This document shows positions 1-7,987 of a stretch of DNA of 56,922 nucleotides, piece by piece. The notes beneath the pieces were generated by a model. It did no database searches, was not told the DNA's origin, and saw only the letters and a program-made list of their open reading frames with translations. A program made the position numbers and the translations under genes. Numbering within the stretch: the first letter of the stretch is position 1; each line of letters begins with the position of its first letter. The stretch lies in the NCBI GenBank assembly GCA_902772845.1, contig CACYCI010000008.1:1-56922 (forward strand). Direction: 5' to 3'. This DNA is from an uncultured Ruminococcus sp. GTDB lineage: Bacteria > Bacillota > Clostridia > Oscillospirales > CAG-382.

Positions 1-217
1 CCGTGGAACCGAGCGCATATATCTGCCTGTTGATGTTGGAAACAGAGACCGTATCGCTGTCTATAAGGTCAAGCGCGCCTACGCCTGACCGTGCGAGCGA
101 TTCTGCTATATAGCCGCCAACGCCGCCTATGCCGAATACCGCCACGCGCGATCGGGCGAGCTTTTCCAGAGCTTCGCTGCCCAAAAGCATTTCCGTGCGG
201 CAAAAACGTTCATCCAT
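1..217 (-). CDS. tcdA: tRNA threonylcarbamoyladenosine dehydratase (ThiF/E1-like), N-terminal part; the gene continues beyond the window start
   Basis: Hand translation from ATG at 217 gives MDERFCRTEMLLGSEALEKLARSRVAVFGIGGVGGYIAESLARSGVGALDLIDSDTVSVSNINRQIYAL. It has a GxGGxG dinucleotide fold and the D.D..NxNRQ motif typical of TcdA/YrvM. RBS GAAAGGTG lies upstream. It is absent from the ORF track because it is open at the edge. Confidence 0.8.
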   Translation of the reverse strand, partial: MDERFCRTEMLLGSEALEKLARSRVAVFGIGGVGGYIAESLARSGVGALDLIDSDTVSVSNINRQIYALGST

Positions 218-260
218 ACGGTACACCTTTCAAAGCGAGTTCATTTATAATACGCTTGCT

Positions 261-290
261 ATTATATCATCACCGCAAGCGTTCTGTCAA
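261..290 (-). promoter_or_regulatory. sigma-A type promoter for tcdA
   Basis: Minus strand reads TTGACA, 18 nt, TATAAT, about 40 nt upstream of the tcdA ATG. Confidence 0.55.
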
Positions 291-338
291 TGGCTTTCGG
301 CAAAACACAGCGCGCGCAAGGCGTTTTTTCAAAAAACA

Positions 339-367
339 TTGACAACGCTTTGTGCTCATGCTATAAT
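339..367 (+). promoter_or_regulatory. sigma-A type promoter for the Nudix/MBL genes
   Basis: TTGACA (339-344), 17 nt, TATAAT (362-367), a perfect consensus. Confidence 0.6.
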
Positions 368-489
368 CAAAAAGCAAGCAATAACAGCGCAGCGGCGGGG
401 TTTGCATCCTTTTTCGGAAATGTAAACGTGCGCCGCGTTTTGTTTGATGCTTATCAGGCGCGTAAGGCGGCAATTTTTCAAGAGGGAAT

Positions 490-1425
490 ATGCTTAAAGT
501 TACGTATCTCGGCGAAAATGAATACGACGAAAACGACGTTTGCGTTTCGGTCATGGCGGCGCTTTACCGCGGAGAATGGATATTTTGCCGCGATAAGGAG
601 CGCACTTCCTGGGAACTTCCCGGCGGGCATCGCGAACCCGGCGAGACCCCGCTCGAGACCGCTCACCGCGAACTTTACGAAGAGACCGGCACCGTATCGG
701 CGGACATAATACCGGTCAGCGCGTTTTCCATCACCACAGAAAAAGGCACGGACTATGCCATACTCTATATCGCATATATAAAAGAAATGGGCGAGATCCC
801 CGAAACCAGCGAAGTCGGCGAAAAGCGCGCTTTTCAAACTATCCCTGCCGACCTCACTTATCCGCTGATCCACTACGATCTGTTCAGTTACGTCCAGCGC
901 TGGCTGAATCTTCGTGCCGTCAGCGGCGAGCGGCTGGAGATCTTCGGCGCCGACCGTATGCCTAAGCGTTATGCCAAAACTGCATCCGAGCGTTTGGAGC
1001 GAGATGAGTTTTTCGGATCCGTGCATATCTGGATCCGTAATTCCAAAGGCGAATACCTTTTGTTCAAGCGCGGGGCCGACGCCGGTTACCCCGGTCTTTG
1101 GAGCTGCGCCGCCGGGCTCGTTAGAGAGGGCGAAAACAGTCTTTCCGCCGCTGTGCGCACGGTAAAGGAAAAGACGGGGCATTCGCTCATACCAGAACGC
1201 GGCAGGTGCGTGTTGAGCTATTGTAACGCTAACGCTTTTGCGGATATCTGGCTCTGGTGCTGCGATATAGACACGCAAAAGATACCTTCCGGGAATATCG
1301 GCTTTACACAGGCGGATTACGGCACCAAGCTGGACATCATACTTTTCGAAAAGCGTGGCATGCTGGTACCGTTCCCTTATCTGCGTCGGCTTCTGGACGT
1401 TTCCGACAAGCTCTTTTATAATTGA
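490..1425 (+). CDS. tandem Nudix-domain hydrolase (intact N-terminal domain, degenerate C-terminal domain)
   Basis: The first domain has a full Nudix box, GGHREPGETPLETAHRELYEETG. The second has GLVREGENSLSAAVRTVKEKTGH, where REUxEE becomes RTVKEK. RBS AGAGGGA precedes the ATG. Confidence 0.85.
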   Translation: MLKVTYLGENEYDENDVCVSVMAALYRGEWIFCRDKERTSWELPGGHREPGETPLETAHRELYEETGTVSADIIPVSAFSITTEKGTDYAILYIAYIKEMGEIPETSEVGEKRAFQTIPADLTYPLIHYDLFSYVQRWLNLRAVSGERLEIFGADRMPKRYAKTASERLERDEFFGSVHIWIRNSKGEYLLFKRGADAGYPGLWSCAAGLVREGENSLSAAVRTVKEKTGHSLIPERGRCVLSYCNANAFADIWLWCCDIDTQKIPSGNIGFTQADYGTKLDIILFEKRGMLVPFPYLRRLLDVSDKLFYN

Positions 1426-1441
1426 TAAAGGCAGGCGAAAT

Positions 1442-2290
1442 ATGAAAAACAAAACTCGTTATGCGGTCGCCGCCCTGTGTATTATCGTAATAGCCGGCGT
1501 TTTCGTTATTGCTTTTTCCGGCGGAAACGGTCAGCTCAAGGTTGTCTTTCCGCCGCTTGGTAAAGCGGATTGCGCGGTCCTTTACGAAGAAGGCGTCTGC
1601 GTAGTCATAGATTGCGGCAACAAGGGCGACGGCAAGGGAATAGCCGATCTGTGCGCGTCCCTGGGAGCCGAAAAGATAGACTGCCTTTTCATAACTCATT
1701 TCGATAAAGACCATATCGGCGGAGCATCCAAACTGCTCACGGCAATGAAAGTCGAGACCGTCTATGAGCCGGATTACGACGACAGCGCCGTGGATATAAA
1801 CGAATATTCCGCTTACCGGCTCGCGCTCGAAACGGCGTGCGCCGGCGGGACAAAGCTCGTCAAGCTCAGCGCTGACGTCACTTTCACGCTGGGGGAAATG
1901 ACTTTTTCGGTCTGGCCTCCGCACGTCGCTTATGACAAAAGTACGGATAACAACAGTTCGTTGGTGATAATGGTCGCTTCCCACGGCAAAAAGCTGCTGT
2001 TCACCGGGGACATAGAAAAGCAGCGGATAGACGATATGCTTCCGTCGTACGTGCTCGGCTGCGATTTTCTGAAAGTCCCGCATCACGGCGTTTACAGTAA
2101 AAGCGCGGTAAGTCTTATAAAAGCGTGTTCGCCCTCTGCGGCCGTCATCACCTGCGAAGACAGGTCGTCGCTCGAAAGCGCGCTCACGCTTGCGCTGCAG
2201 GGGCTCGGGACCGACGTCCGTTTCACCGATTCGGGCAAGACAGTCGTGCTCACTTGCTCTAAAAACAGCTTGCATTTTACAGAAGAATAA
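1442..2290 (+). CDS. membrane-anchored MBL-fold hydrolase, ComEC C-terminal-domain type
   Basis: I prefer the internal ATG at 1442 (MKNKTRYAVAALCIIVIAGVFVIAF, an N-terminal TM helix) over the track start at 1355. Motifs ITHFDKDHIGG and KVPHHG resemble the ComEC/Rec2 beta-lactamase-like domain. Confidence 0.75.
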   Translation: MKNKTRYAVAALCIIVIAGVFVIAFSGGNGQLKVVFPPLGKADCAVLYEEGVCVVIDCGNKGDGKGIADLCASLGAEKIDCLFITHFDKDHIGGASKLLTAMKVETVYEPDYDDSAVDINEYSAYRLALETACAGGTKLVKLSADVTFTLGEMTFSVWPPHVAYDKSTDNNSSLVIMVASHGKKLLFTGDIEKQRIDDMLPSYVLGCDFLKVPHHGVYSKSAVSLIKACSPSAAVITCEDRSSLESALTLALQGLGTDVRFTDSGKTVVLTCSKNSLHFTEE

Positions 2291-2294
2291 AAAA

Positions 2295-2321
2295 CGCGGA
2301 CCGGAGCCATGCTCCGGTCCG
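2295..2321. terminator. bidirectional stem-loop between convergent genes
   Basis: GCGGACCGGAGC cat GCTCCGGTCCGC, a 12-bp perfect stem, flanked by an A-run on the left and TTTT on the right. Confidence 0.7.
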
Positions 2322-2338
2322 CAGCATTTTGCAGACGT

Positions 2339-3112
2339 TCAGTTAAGTCCTTTTTCTATTTCTTCCGCTGCTTTTTCAAATTCGGTGTCTATAGTCGCAT
2401 CGTCTGTTTCAAGGTTGGTGATGCTGTCGCGGGCGGCGCAGGATTTGCATATACGGGTCCTGTTTGCGGCTATCGCCTGTTCTACTGTGCCGCTGGTGAG
2501 AGTATCGGTTTGGTTGAGATGCGAGCAATCGGCATGAGTGTGATACACATGGCCGAAAGGCGACCAGTATACCGTATCGTTGCCCAGCGTGCTTACGGCT
2601 TCGTCTTTCTTTTCCTGAGAAACGGGGTTGAAATCGTAGCTGAACACGCCTGCTATGAGCAGGGCGATCACCGCTACGACTGTCGCAATGGCCTTGGTGC
2701 GTTTGTCATTGTTCTTGCTGGAAAGCATAACTATGATAAACGGCACGAACGCGATGACGCTGACTATAACTCCGAGGTTGTTCCAAAGCCAGAATTTAAG
2801 CTTGTTCTTTTCGCTTGCGGGCTTGATATGGTTTGCTTTTTTCCAAAGCAGTGAACCGATCACCACGCAAATAAGATCGAGCACCAGGAACATTATGAGC
2901 TGCGCGATAGAAGGCATAAAGCTAAGGAAAAACTTGCCAAGCGCAACAAGTATGGCGAGTACTTCAAACACAAGCCCAAGCACCCAAAGAACGATCGCGC
3001 CTATGCGGTAGCCGGTAGCGTTGCCGGTGGGGGCTGCTTGCTTGATCTTTTTGCGTGAGACCTCTTCGCCGGTGGAAGCGGAAATGATTTTTTTCTGTTT
3101 GATCTCTGCCAT
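2339..3112 (-). CDS. polytopic membrane protein of unknown function with a C-terminal His/Cys motif
   Basis: 257 aa with 4-5 hydrophobic helices. The C-terminal soluble tail is VYWSPFGHVYHTHADCSHL...RICKSCAARD. RBS AAAGGTG, and the gene has its own promoter. Confidence 0.7.
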   Translation of the reverse strand: MAEIKQKKIISASTGEEVSRKKIKQAAPTGNATGYRIGAIVLWVLGLVFEVLAILVALGKFFLSFMPSIAQLIMFLVLDLICVVIGSLLWKKANHIKPASEKNKLKFWLWNNLGVIVSVIAFVPFIIVMLSSKNNDKRTKAIATVVAVIALLIAGVFSYDFNPVSQEKKDEAVSTLGNDTVYWSPFGHVYHTHADCSHLNQTDTLTSGTVEQAIAANRTRICKSCAARDSITNLETDDATIDTEFEKAAEEIEKGLN

Positions 3113-3150
3113 GATTATACACCTTTCTTGTTTATGTTCTGTTTTAACTG

Positions 3151-3179
3151 ATTATATAACACTTTTCGCCGTATTGCAA
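3151..3179 (-). promoter_or_regulatory. sigma-A type promoter for CDS 2339-3112
   Basis: Minus strand reads TTGCAA, 17 nt, TATAAT. Confidence 0.55.
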
Positions 3180-3198
3180 TACCTAAAAACGGTTTTGC

Positions 3199-4092
3199 TC
3201 AGATGCGTTCTATCAGGATAAGTCCGCTCGAAAACGGAATGGTGCCGTCTTCGTTGGGCTTGATCTCGTCCCAGCTCGAAACCATTTCGCCGAAAACTTC
3301 GCGCTGCTCGCCGGTATCGTAATAGAATTTCCCGTCGAGGCATTTCCACTGCTGTTCGGTAGTGATGAAACGGCCGTCTTTTGCGGCGAGTATCTCGCCG
3401 GATTCCAACGCTTCTTTTATCGTCGCTTCGCTCAGATTTTCGGGGATCTTCATCCATTGGCGTATCTTATGATCCGCGGTGAATTCGACGACAAGATCAA
3501 AGATGTCCAAGACTTCTTTAATATCGATATCCGAATTTGCTTTCTTTGCCGATTCCGCGATCTCTTCTTTTGTGGCGAGCTTTATTTCGTCGCCAAAATA
3601 ATTGAGCGATTTTATAACTCTGTAACTGCCGACAATACCGGTATTCGCGGCGTCTTCGGCGGACATTTCAGTATCGCCGGTGTCAGCCGGCTCGGTGACT
3701 TTGCCTTCGGCGATCTTTTTCATCCCCAGCGTGAGGAAACCTATGGAAAAGGCGAGACATCCGTCGACCACCTGCAGCGTTTCAGCGGCTTTTCTGAAAT
3801 CGCCTTCGGGCAGCTCCATGAACGCGCCCAGCGTATAATGATATTCATACGCGCCGGTCTGCTCCCAGGTGCCGCTTTCGCGCTTGCCGGAAGCTGAGTC
3901 TGTCATGACCATGGTGTTGTCTTCGAAAAATTCGTAGCAGATCCCGGAAAGATCTTTTCCGTCGTCACTTTTGAATTCAGCAGCCGGTATGTGGGCGAGA
4001 TCGTCGGAAAACAAACTCACCACAAAATCTACCTGCCATTTTCCCACGATGAATCTGGTGCCGCTTCTGAGTTCAAATTCGTTGAGTTCCAT
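3199..4092 (-). CDS. hypothetical acidic cytoplasmic protein
   Basis: 297-aa ORF with RBS AAAGGGG 6 nt before the ATG. It has no signal peptide or TM segment, I recognise no motif, and it lies 20 bp downstream of CDS 4113-5312. Confidence 0.65.
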   Translation of the reverse strand: MELNEFELRSGTRFIVGKWQVDFVVSLFSDDLAHIPAAEFKSDDGKDLSGICYEFFEDNTMVMTDSASGKRESGTWEQTGAYEYHYTLGAFMELPEGDFRKAAETLQVVDGCLAFSIGFLTLGMKKIAEGKVTEPADTGDTEMSAEDAANTGIVGSYRVIKSLNYFGDEIKLATKEEIAESAKKANSDIDIKEVLDIFDLVVEFTADHKIRQWMKIPENLSEATIKEALESGEILAAKDGRFITTEQQWKCLDGKFYYDTGEQREVFGEMVSSWDEIKPNEDGTIPFSSGLILIERI

Positions 4093-4112
4093 TGTTTGCC
4101 CCTTTCTAGATG

Positions 4113-5312
4113 TTATTTTTTCTTACGTTTGATTATCAACGCCGCCGCTATACAGATCATGACCGCTGCGGCTGCCGCTATTATAATGATCGCCGTGCTA
4201 TTGGACGAACCTTCTTCGGCCGGGCTCGTTTCCTGCCCGGTCTGCTCCGCAGCCGATCCGTCGGCGGGATCGCCGCTTTCGTTTTCGCTTACGACTTTGA
4301 CTTTTACCGTTACCGGGACCGGTTCGGAAAGCTCCGCCGCGTAAACGTATACCGTCTGTTCATAATCCCCCGCGGGAATATAATCGTTCAGCTTTACCCA
4401 CCAGGTGCTGCCGGAATCCATGCCTGCCCTTATATCCGTTTCACCGCCGGAGTAAGAGATAACCATAAAAACAAGATCCTCCGCGTTGCCGCTGTAAACG
4501 TGGACTTTGGTGAGATTTCCCGTTCCGTTAGCATATACCACAAGATCTTTCGGCTCCGGGCGTTCGCCGGATTCGGTGATGACGCCGTAGTCTATAACGT
4601 CCGCTCGCGCGGAATACACCGGCTCGGCGCCGTCGCTTTCGACAGTGAACCTTACGGAATTATACACGACGTCGTGAATGTTCGCTTCGAAAAACACGCT
4701 GTCCGAATAATCTCCCGCCCCAAGTCCTTGGCGCGGGCGCACGCTCCAGGTCTCGGAATCGGTCTCTCCCGGGGCGAGTACGTGCGGTTCACGGTTTTGG
4801 ATAAGCTCTATCGCCGAATTTTCGGCAATGTAAGCGCGGATATTGCGCAGAGCGTTGTCGCCGGTGTTCTTTACCGTTAAGGGTACTGCCGCCGGCTGCC
4901 CGTAACCTATCTGCAAATAGCCGAACTCTATGTCTTCTATGTATATCTCGGTCACGTCGTCGGCGTCTTGCCAGGTCACGGTCACTGTATCGCTGTAATG
5001 ATCTACGCCGTCGATCTCCGCCCACAGGCGGAACTGCGCGGTGGTGTTCGGCCATGATACGGCATAGCCGCTTTCGATCGTTTCCATATTGCCCCAATCG
5101 TACGTTTCGTTTTCGCGCGTTTGCAGCATACAGTCGCATTCAACGCTTGTGGAAAATACAAATTCGTAGGGCTCAAAGTTTTCCAGCGTCGCGCTCTTGG
5201 GCTGTACGGTGAACACTCCGCCTTCGTCGGCGGAAACGCATACCGCAAGCGTTCCGAACATAACCGCAACACAAAGCGCGGCGCATATCAAACGTAAAAC
5301 CTTTTTATCCAT
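4113..5312 (-). CDS. type I membrane / cell-surface protein of unknown function
   Basis: Signal peptide MDKKVLRLICAALCVAVMFGTLAVCVSA, a beta-rich Ig-like ectodomain, a Ser/Glu/Pro-rich linker, and a C-terminal TM helix AIIIIAAAAAVMICIAAALII followed by KRKKK. RBS ACGGAG. Confidence 0.7.
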   Translation of the reverse strand: MDKKVLRLICAALCVAVMFGTLAVCVSADEGGVFTVQPKSATLENFEPYEFVFSTSVECDCMLQTRENETYDWGNMETIESGYAVSWPNTTAQFRLWAEIDGVDHYSDTVTVTWQDADDVTEIYIEDIEFGYLQIGYGQPAAVPLTVKNTGDNALRNIRAYIAENSAIELIQNREPHVLAPGETDSETWSVRPRQGLGAGDYSDSVFFEANIHDVVYNSVRFTVESDGAEPVYSARADVIDYGVITESGERPEPKDLVVYANGTGNLTKVHVYSGNAEDLVFMVISYSGGETDIRAGMDSGSTWWVKLNDYIPAGDYEQTVYVYAAELSEPVPVTVKVKVVSENESGDPADGSAAEQTGQETSPAEEGSSNSTAIIIIAAAAAVMICIAAALIIKRKKK

Positions 5313-5337
5313 TACATATACTCCGTTACATAAAATG

Positions 5338-5366
5338 ATTATAGCATACGCAAAAGCGTTTGTCTA
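5338..5366 (-). promoter_or_regulatory. sigma-A type promoter for CDS 4113-5312 and 3199-4092
   Basis: Minus strand reads TAGACA, 17 nt, TATAAT. Confidence 0.5.
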
Positions 5367-5377
5367 CAAAAAACTTC

Positions 5378-6250
5378 TTATTGCGGCCGAAATTCGGGTA
5401 TAAAGCTTTCGCTTGCCGTTCCTTTTTCCTGTATGTACACGTTTTCCATTCCTATGGAAAGCGCGTGTTTTATAACGCGGTCATATTCCAGCGTGGTTAG
5501 CTTGCGGTTTATTTCCTGGTAGTTTTCAAGCCCTATGGGCGTGAACTGGTTCATCAAAGAAACCTGTATCGCGTCTCCGTACCGTGCGTGAAGATGATCC
5601 AGCACGCGGATCGAATCGGCGGTATTCCCGGGGAGGATCAGATGGCGCACTATAACTCCGGAACGCATCATGCCGTCGGCGCCGTAAACTCTCAAAGGGT
5701 GCTGGCGCACCATTTCGCAAAGCGCCTCTTTTGCACGGTCGGGGTAATCCGGGCAGGAGGAATAGCGTTCGGCAAGCTCGGAAGACATATATTTGAAATC
5801 TGTGAGATATATATCTATATCATCTGCCAGCGCGCGCAGCGTTTCCACGCAGACGTAGCCGGAACAGTTATACACCGCCGGAACTGTCATTCCCAGGCGG
5901 CGCGCCTCTCTCAGTGCGGCGCGGATCTGAAGAGCAAAATGATCCGGAGTCACCAGATTTATATTGTTGGCACCTTTGCGTTCCAACGAAACGAACAGCT
6001 CCGCAAGTTCGCGCACGGAATATTCTTTGCCCGCGCTTCCGCGTGATATTGACCTGTTTTGACAGTAAACGCATTTAAGCTGGCAGCCCGCAAAAAACAC
6101 GCAGCCCGAACCGTTCTTGCCCGAAATACACGGCTCTTCCCAAAAATGCAGCATGGAATGCGCCACGACGGCTTTTTCGCCGCAGCCGCAAAAACCGGTC
6201 TCGACGCTGCGGTCAACGCCGCACCGCCGCGGACAGAGTTCGCATTTCAT
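5378..6250 (-). CDS. radical SAM protein, PflX-like (pyruvate formate-lyase-activase-related)
   Basis: I prefer the internal ATG at 6250, with strong RBS AAAGGGGGG, over the track start at 6388. It carries CQLKCVYCQN (CX3CX2C) and the N-terminal Cys cluster MKCELCPRRCGVDRSVETGFCGCG. Confidence 0.85.
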   Translation of the reverse strand: MKCELCPRRCGVDRSVETGFCGCGEKAVVAHSMLHFWEEPCISGKNGSGCVFFAGCQLKCVYCQNRSISRGSAGKEYSVRELAELFVSLERKGANNINLVTPDHFALQIRAALREARRLGMTVPAVYNCSGYVCVETLRALADDIDIYLTDFKYMSSELAERYSSCPDYPDRAKEALCEMVRQHPLRVYGADGMMRSGVIVRHLILPGNTADSIRVLDHLHARYGDAIQVSLMNQFTPIGLENYQEINRKLTTLEYDRVIKHALSIGMENVYIQEKGTASESFIPEFRPQ

Positions 6251-6272
6251 CCGTATGCCCCCCTTTGTTTTT

Positions 6273-6301
6273 ATTATAATATAAACTTTCAAAATAATCA
6301 A
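6273..6301 (-). promoter_or_regulatory. sigma-A type promoter for the PflX-like gene
   Basis: Minus strand reads TTGATT, 17 nt, TATAAT. Confidence 0.55.
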
Positions 6302-6308
6302 GCGGGGC

Positions 6309-6337
6309 TTGAAAAAGTTGCGCCGATATGTTATAAT
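6309..6337 (+). promoter_or_regulatory. sigma-A type promoter for the solute-binding lipoprotein gene
   Basis: TTGAAA, 17 nt, TATAAT, with a TGn extended -10. Confidence 0.6.
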
Positions 6338-6375
6338 ATCAAAAACCAAATATATTAAAGAAGGAGTTTCAGCAA

Positions 6376-7920
6376 ATGAAAAAAACAATATGCTTGCTGC
6401 TTGCGGTAATGCTTATGCTTTGCGCTTTTGTCGCCTGCAAAGGGAACGAAGCCAAACCGTCTGAGCAGACAGAGTCCAAAGACGCCGTTTCCGCCGACAC
6501 CTCTTCCGGCACCGATCAGTCTGAAGAACCGGCTTCTGAGGATATACCCACCGATTTTGTTTACGGTAAAGATATCCCCGTTAAGGATCTCGGCGGCAGA
6601 GTGATCCGCGTGCTTTCCATCAACTGGGCTGCCAACAGCACTTCCATGACTTATAACGGCGATATCATCCAGCGCGACACATACGACGAACTGACCGCCG
6701 ACGTGCTCGACAGGACAAAATGCGAAGTAAGGCAAGAGATCGAAACGCGCTATAACTGCGTAATAGAAGGCACTTTCGATTCCAACAACTTTGCCAACAC
6801 CATTTATAACCAGGTGTACGCCCCTTCGGAAAATTCCTATAACATAGTTCTCAACTCGTTCGGCGGCGCTGCTACCGCCGCGCTCACCGGCGTTTACGTC
6901 GACATGAACGATATCCCCACCATTGACCTTTCCAACCCCTGGTGGGATCAGAACGCCGTTCACGACCTTTCCATAGGCAACCGCGTGTATTTCACCGCCG
7001 GCGACATCAACACGTTCGATAACGACGGCACTTTCATAATGTTCTTCAATAAAAAGGTGCTGCAAGACAACTGCCCCGGCGTGAATCTTTACGATCTTGT
7101 AAAGAACAACGAATGGACGCTCGACAAAATGTACGAGCTTGCCAAAATGGTCACTCACGAATCCGACGGAGTCGACGGGCTCAGCGAATTCGACACCTGG
7201 GGTCTCGGCACAGAAGTCTATAATTCGTTGCTCCACCTCATCGCGTCCGGCGTTCACCTTGCCGAAAAAGACGCCGATGATATCCCAGTACTTTCTTACG
7301 ACACGCCCCGGTTCTACGACGTGCTAACCGACATATATAAGATATTCAACGACGAGGGCACGGTAATGGTCGCCAACGGCGGAAAATTCGACGGAAAGTA
7401 CAGTAACGTTTGGGAAGAGACCATAATAAAGGCGTTCCGCGAAGAACGCGAGCTCTTCTACATGGGCGGCATGTTCAATATAGTCGGCTTCCGTGACGTT
7501 GACAATATTGGCTATCTGCCTGTCCCCAAGTATTCGTCCGATCAGGACAGATATTACCATTTCGTTTCCACCGGCAACGCTTCGTGCATGGCTATCCCCG
7601 CAGTATCCGATAATTACGACGATCTCGGGCTTGTAATAGAAGCGCTCGCGGCGGAATCCAAAAACAGCGTTACTCCGGTCTATTACGACAAATGCCTCAA
7701 AGGCAAGGATGCCGACGCCGTTGAAGACGAAGAAATGCTCGATATAATCTTCAATTCGCGCTGCTTCGACCTCGGAGCCATATACAACTGGGGCGGTTTA
7801 TACAGCGAGATCGCTAAACTTAGATCCGACGATATGAAATCGCGTTTCGAATCCATTGCCAGTCTTGTCGAAGAGAGGATGCAGGCGGATATCGACACCA
7901 TACTCATGCTGGATTACTGA
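6376..7920 (+). CDS. extracellular solute-binding lipoprotein (ABC-transporter SBP-like), orphan
   Basis: Lipoprotein signal MKKTICLLLAVMLMLCAFVAC with a lipobox Cys, then a Ser/Glu/Thr-rich linker. At 514 aa it has the size and composition of sugar-type SBPs. RBS AAGGAG. Confidence 0.75.
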   Translation: MKKTICLLLAVMLMLCAFVACKGNEAKPSEQTESKDAVSADTSSGTDQSEEPASEDIPTDFVYGKDIPVKDLGGRVIRVLSINWAANSTSMTYNGDIIQRDTYDELTADVLDRTKCEVRQEIETRYNCVIEGTFDSNNFANTIYNQVYAPSENSYNIVLNSFGGAATAALTGVYVDMNDIPTIDLSNPWWDQNAVHDLSIGNRVYFTAGDINTFDNDGTFIMFFNKKVLQDNCPGVNLYDLVKNNEWTLDKMYELAKMVTHESDGVDGLSEFDTWGLGTEVYNSLLHLIASGVHLAEKDADDIPVLSYDTPRFYDVLTDIYKIFNDEGTVMVANGGKFDGKYSNVWEETIIKAFREERELFYMGGMFNIVGFRDVDNIGYLPVPKYSSDQDRYYHFVSTGNASCMAIPAVSDNYDDLGLVIEALAAESKNSVTPVYYDKCLKGKDADAVEDEEMLDIIFNSRCFDLGAIYNWGGLYSEIAKLRSDDMKSRFESIASLVEERMQADIDTILMLDY

Positions 7921-7946
7921 TACCGTAAAAATCTTAAATAACGCAA

Positions 7947-7974
7947 ACCGGACCGGGTTTTAACCCGGTCCGGT
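7947..7974. terminator. bidirectional stem-loop between convergent genes
   Basis: ACCGGACCGGG tttt(aa) CCCGGTCCGGT, followed by ATTTAT. Confidence 0.65.
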
Positions 7975-7987
7975 ATTTATATATGAT

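Noticed and set aside
478-2275. Two long minus-strand ORFs (478-1452 and 1337-2275) opposite the Nudix and MBL genes.
   Set aside because: The plus-strand frames carry the Nudix box and MBL motifs, RBSs and a consensus promoter. The minus frames have none of these. The same reasoning rejects 6355-7257(-), 14064-15185(+), 17317-18372(+), 27499-28527(+), 45927-46826(-), 50722-51780(+), 51964-52782(-) and 54268-55203(+).
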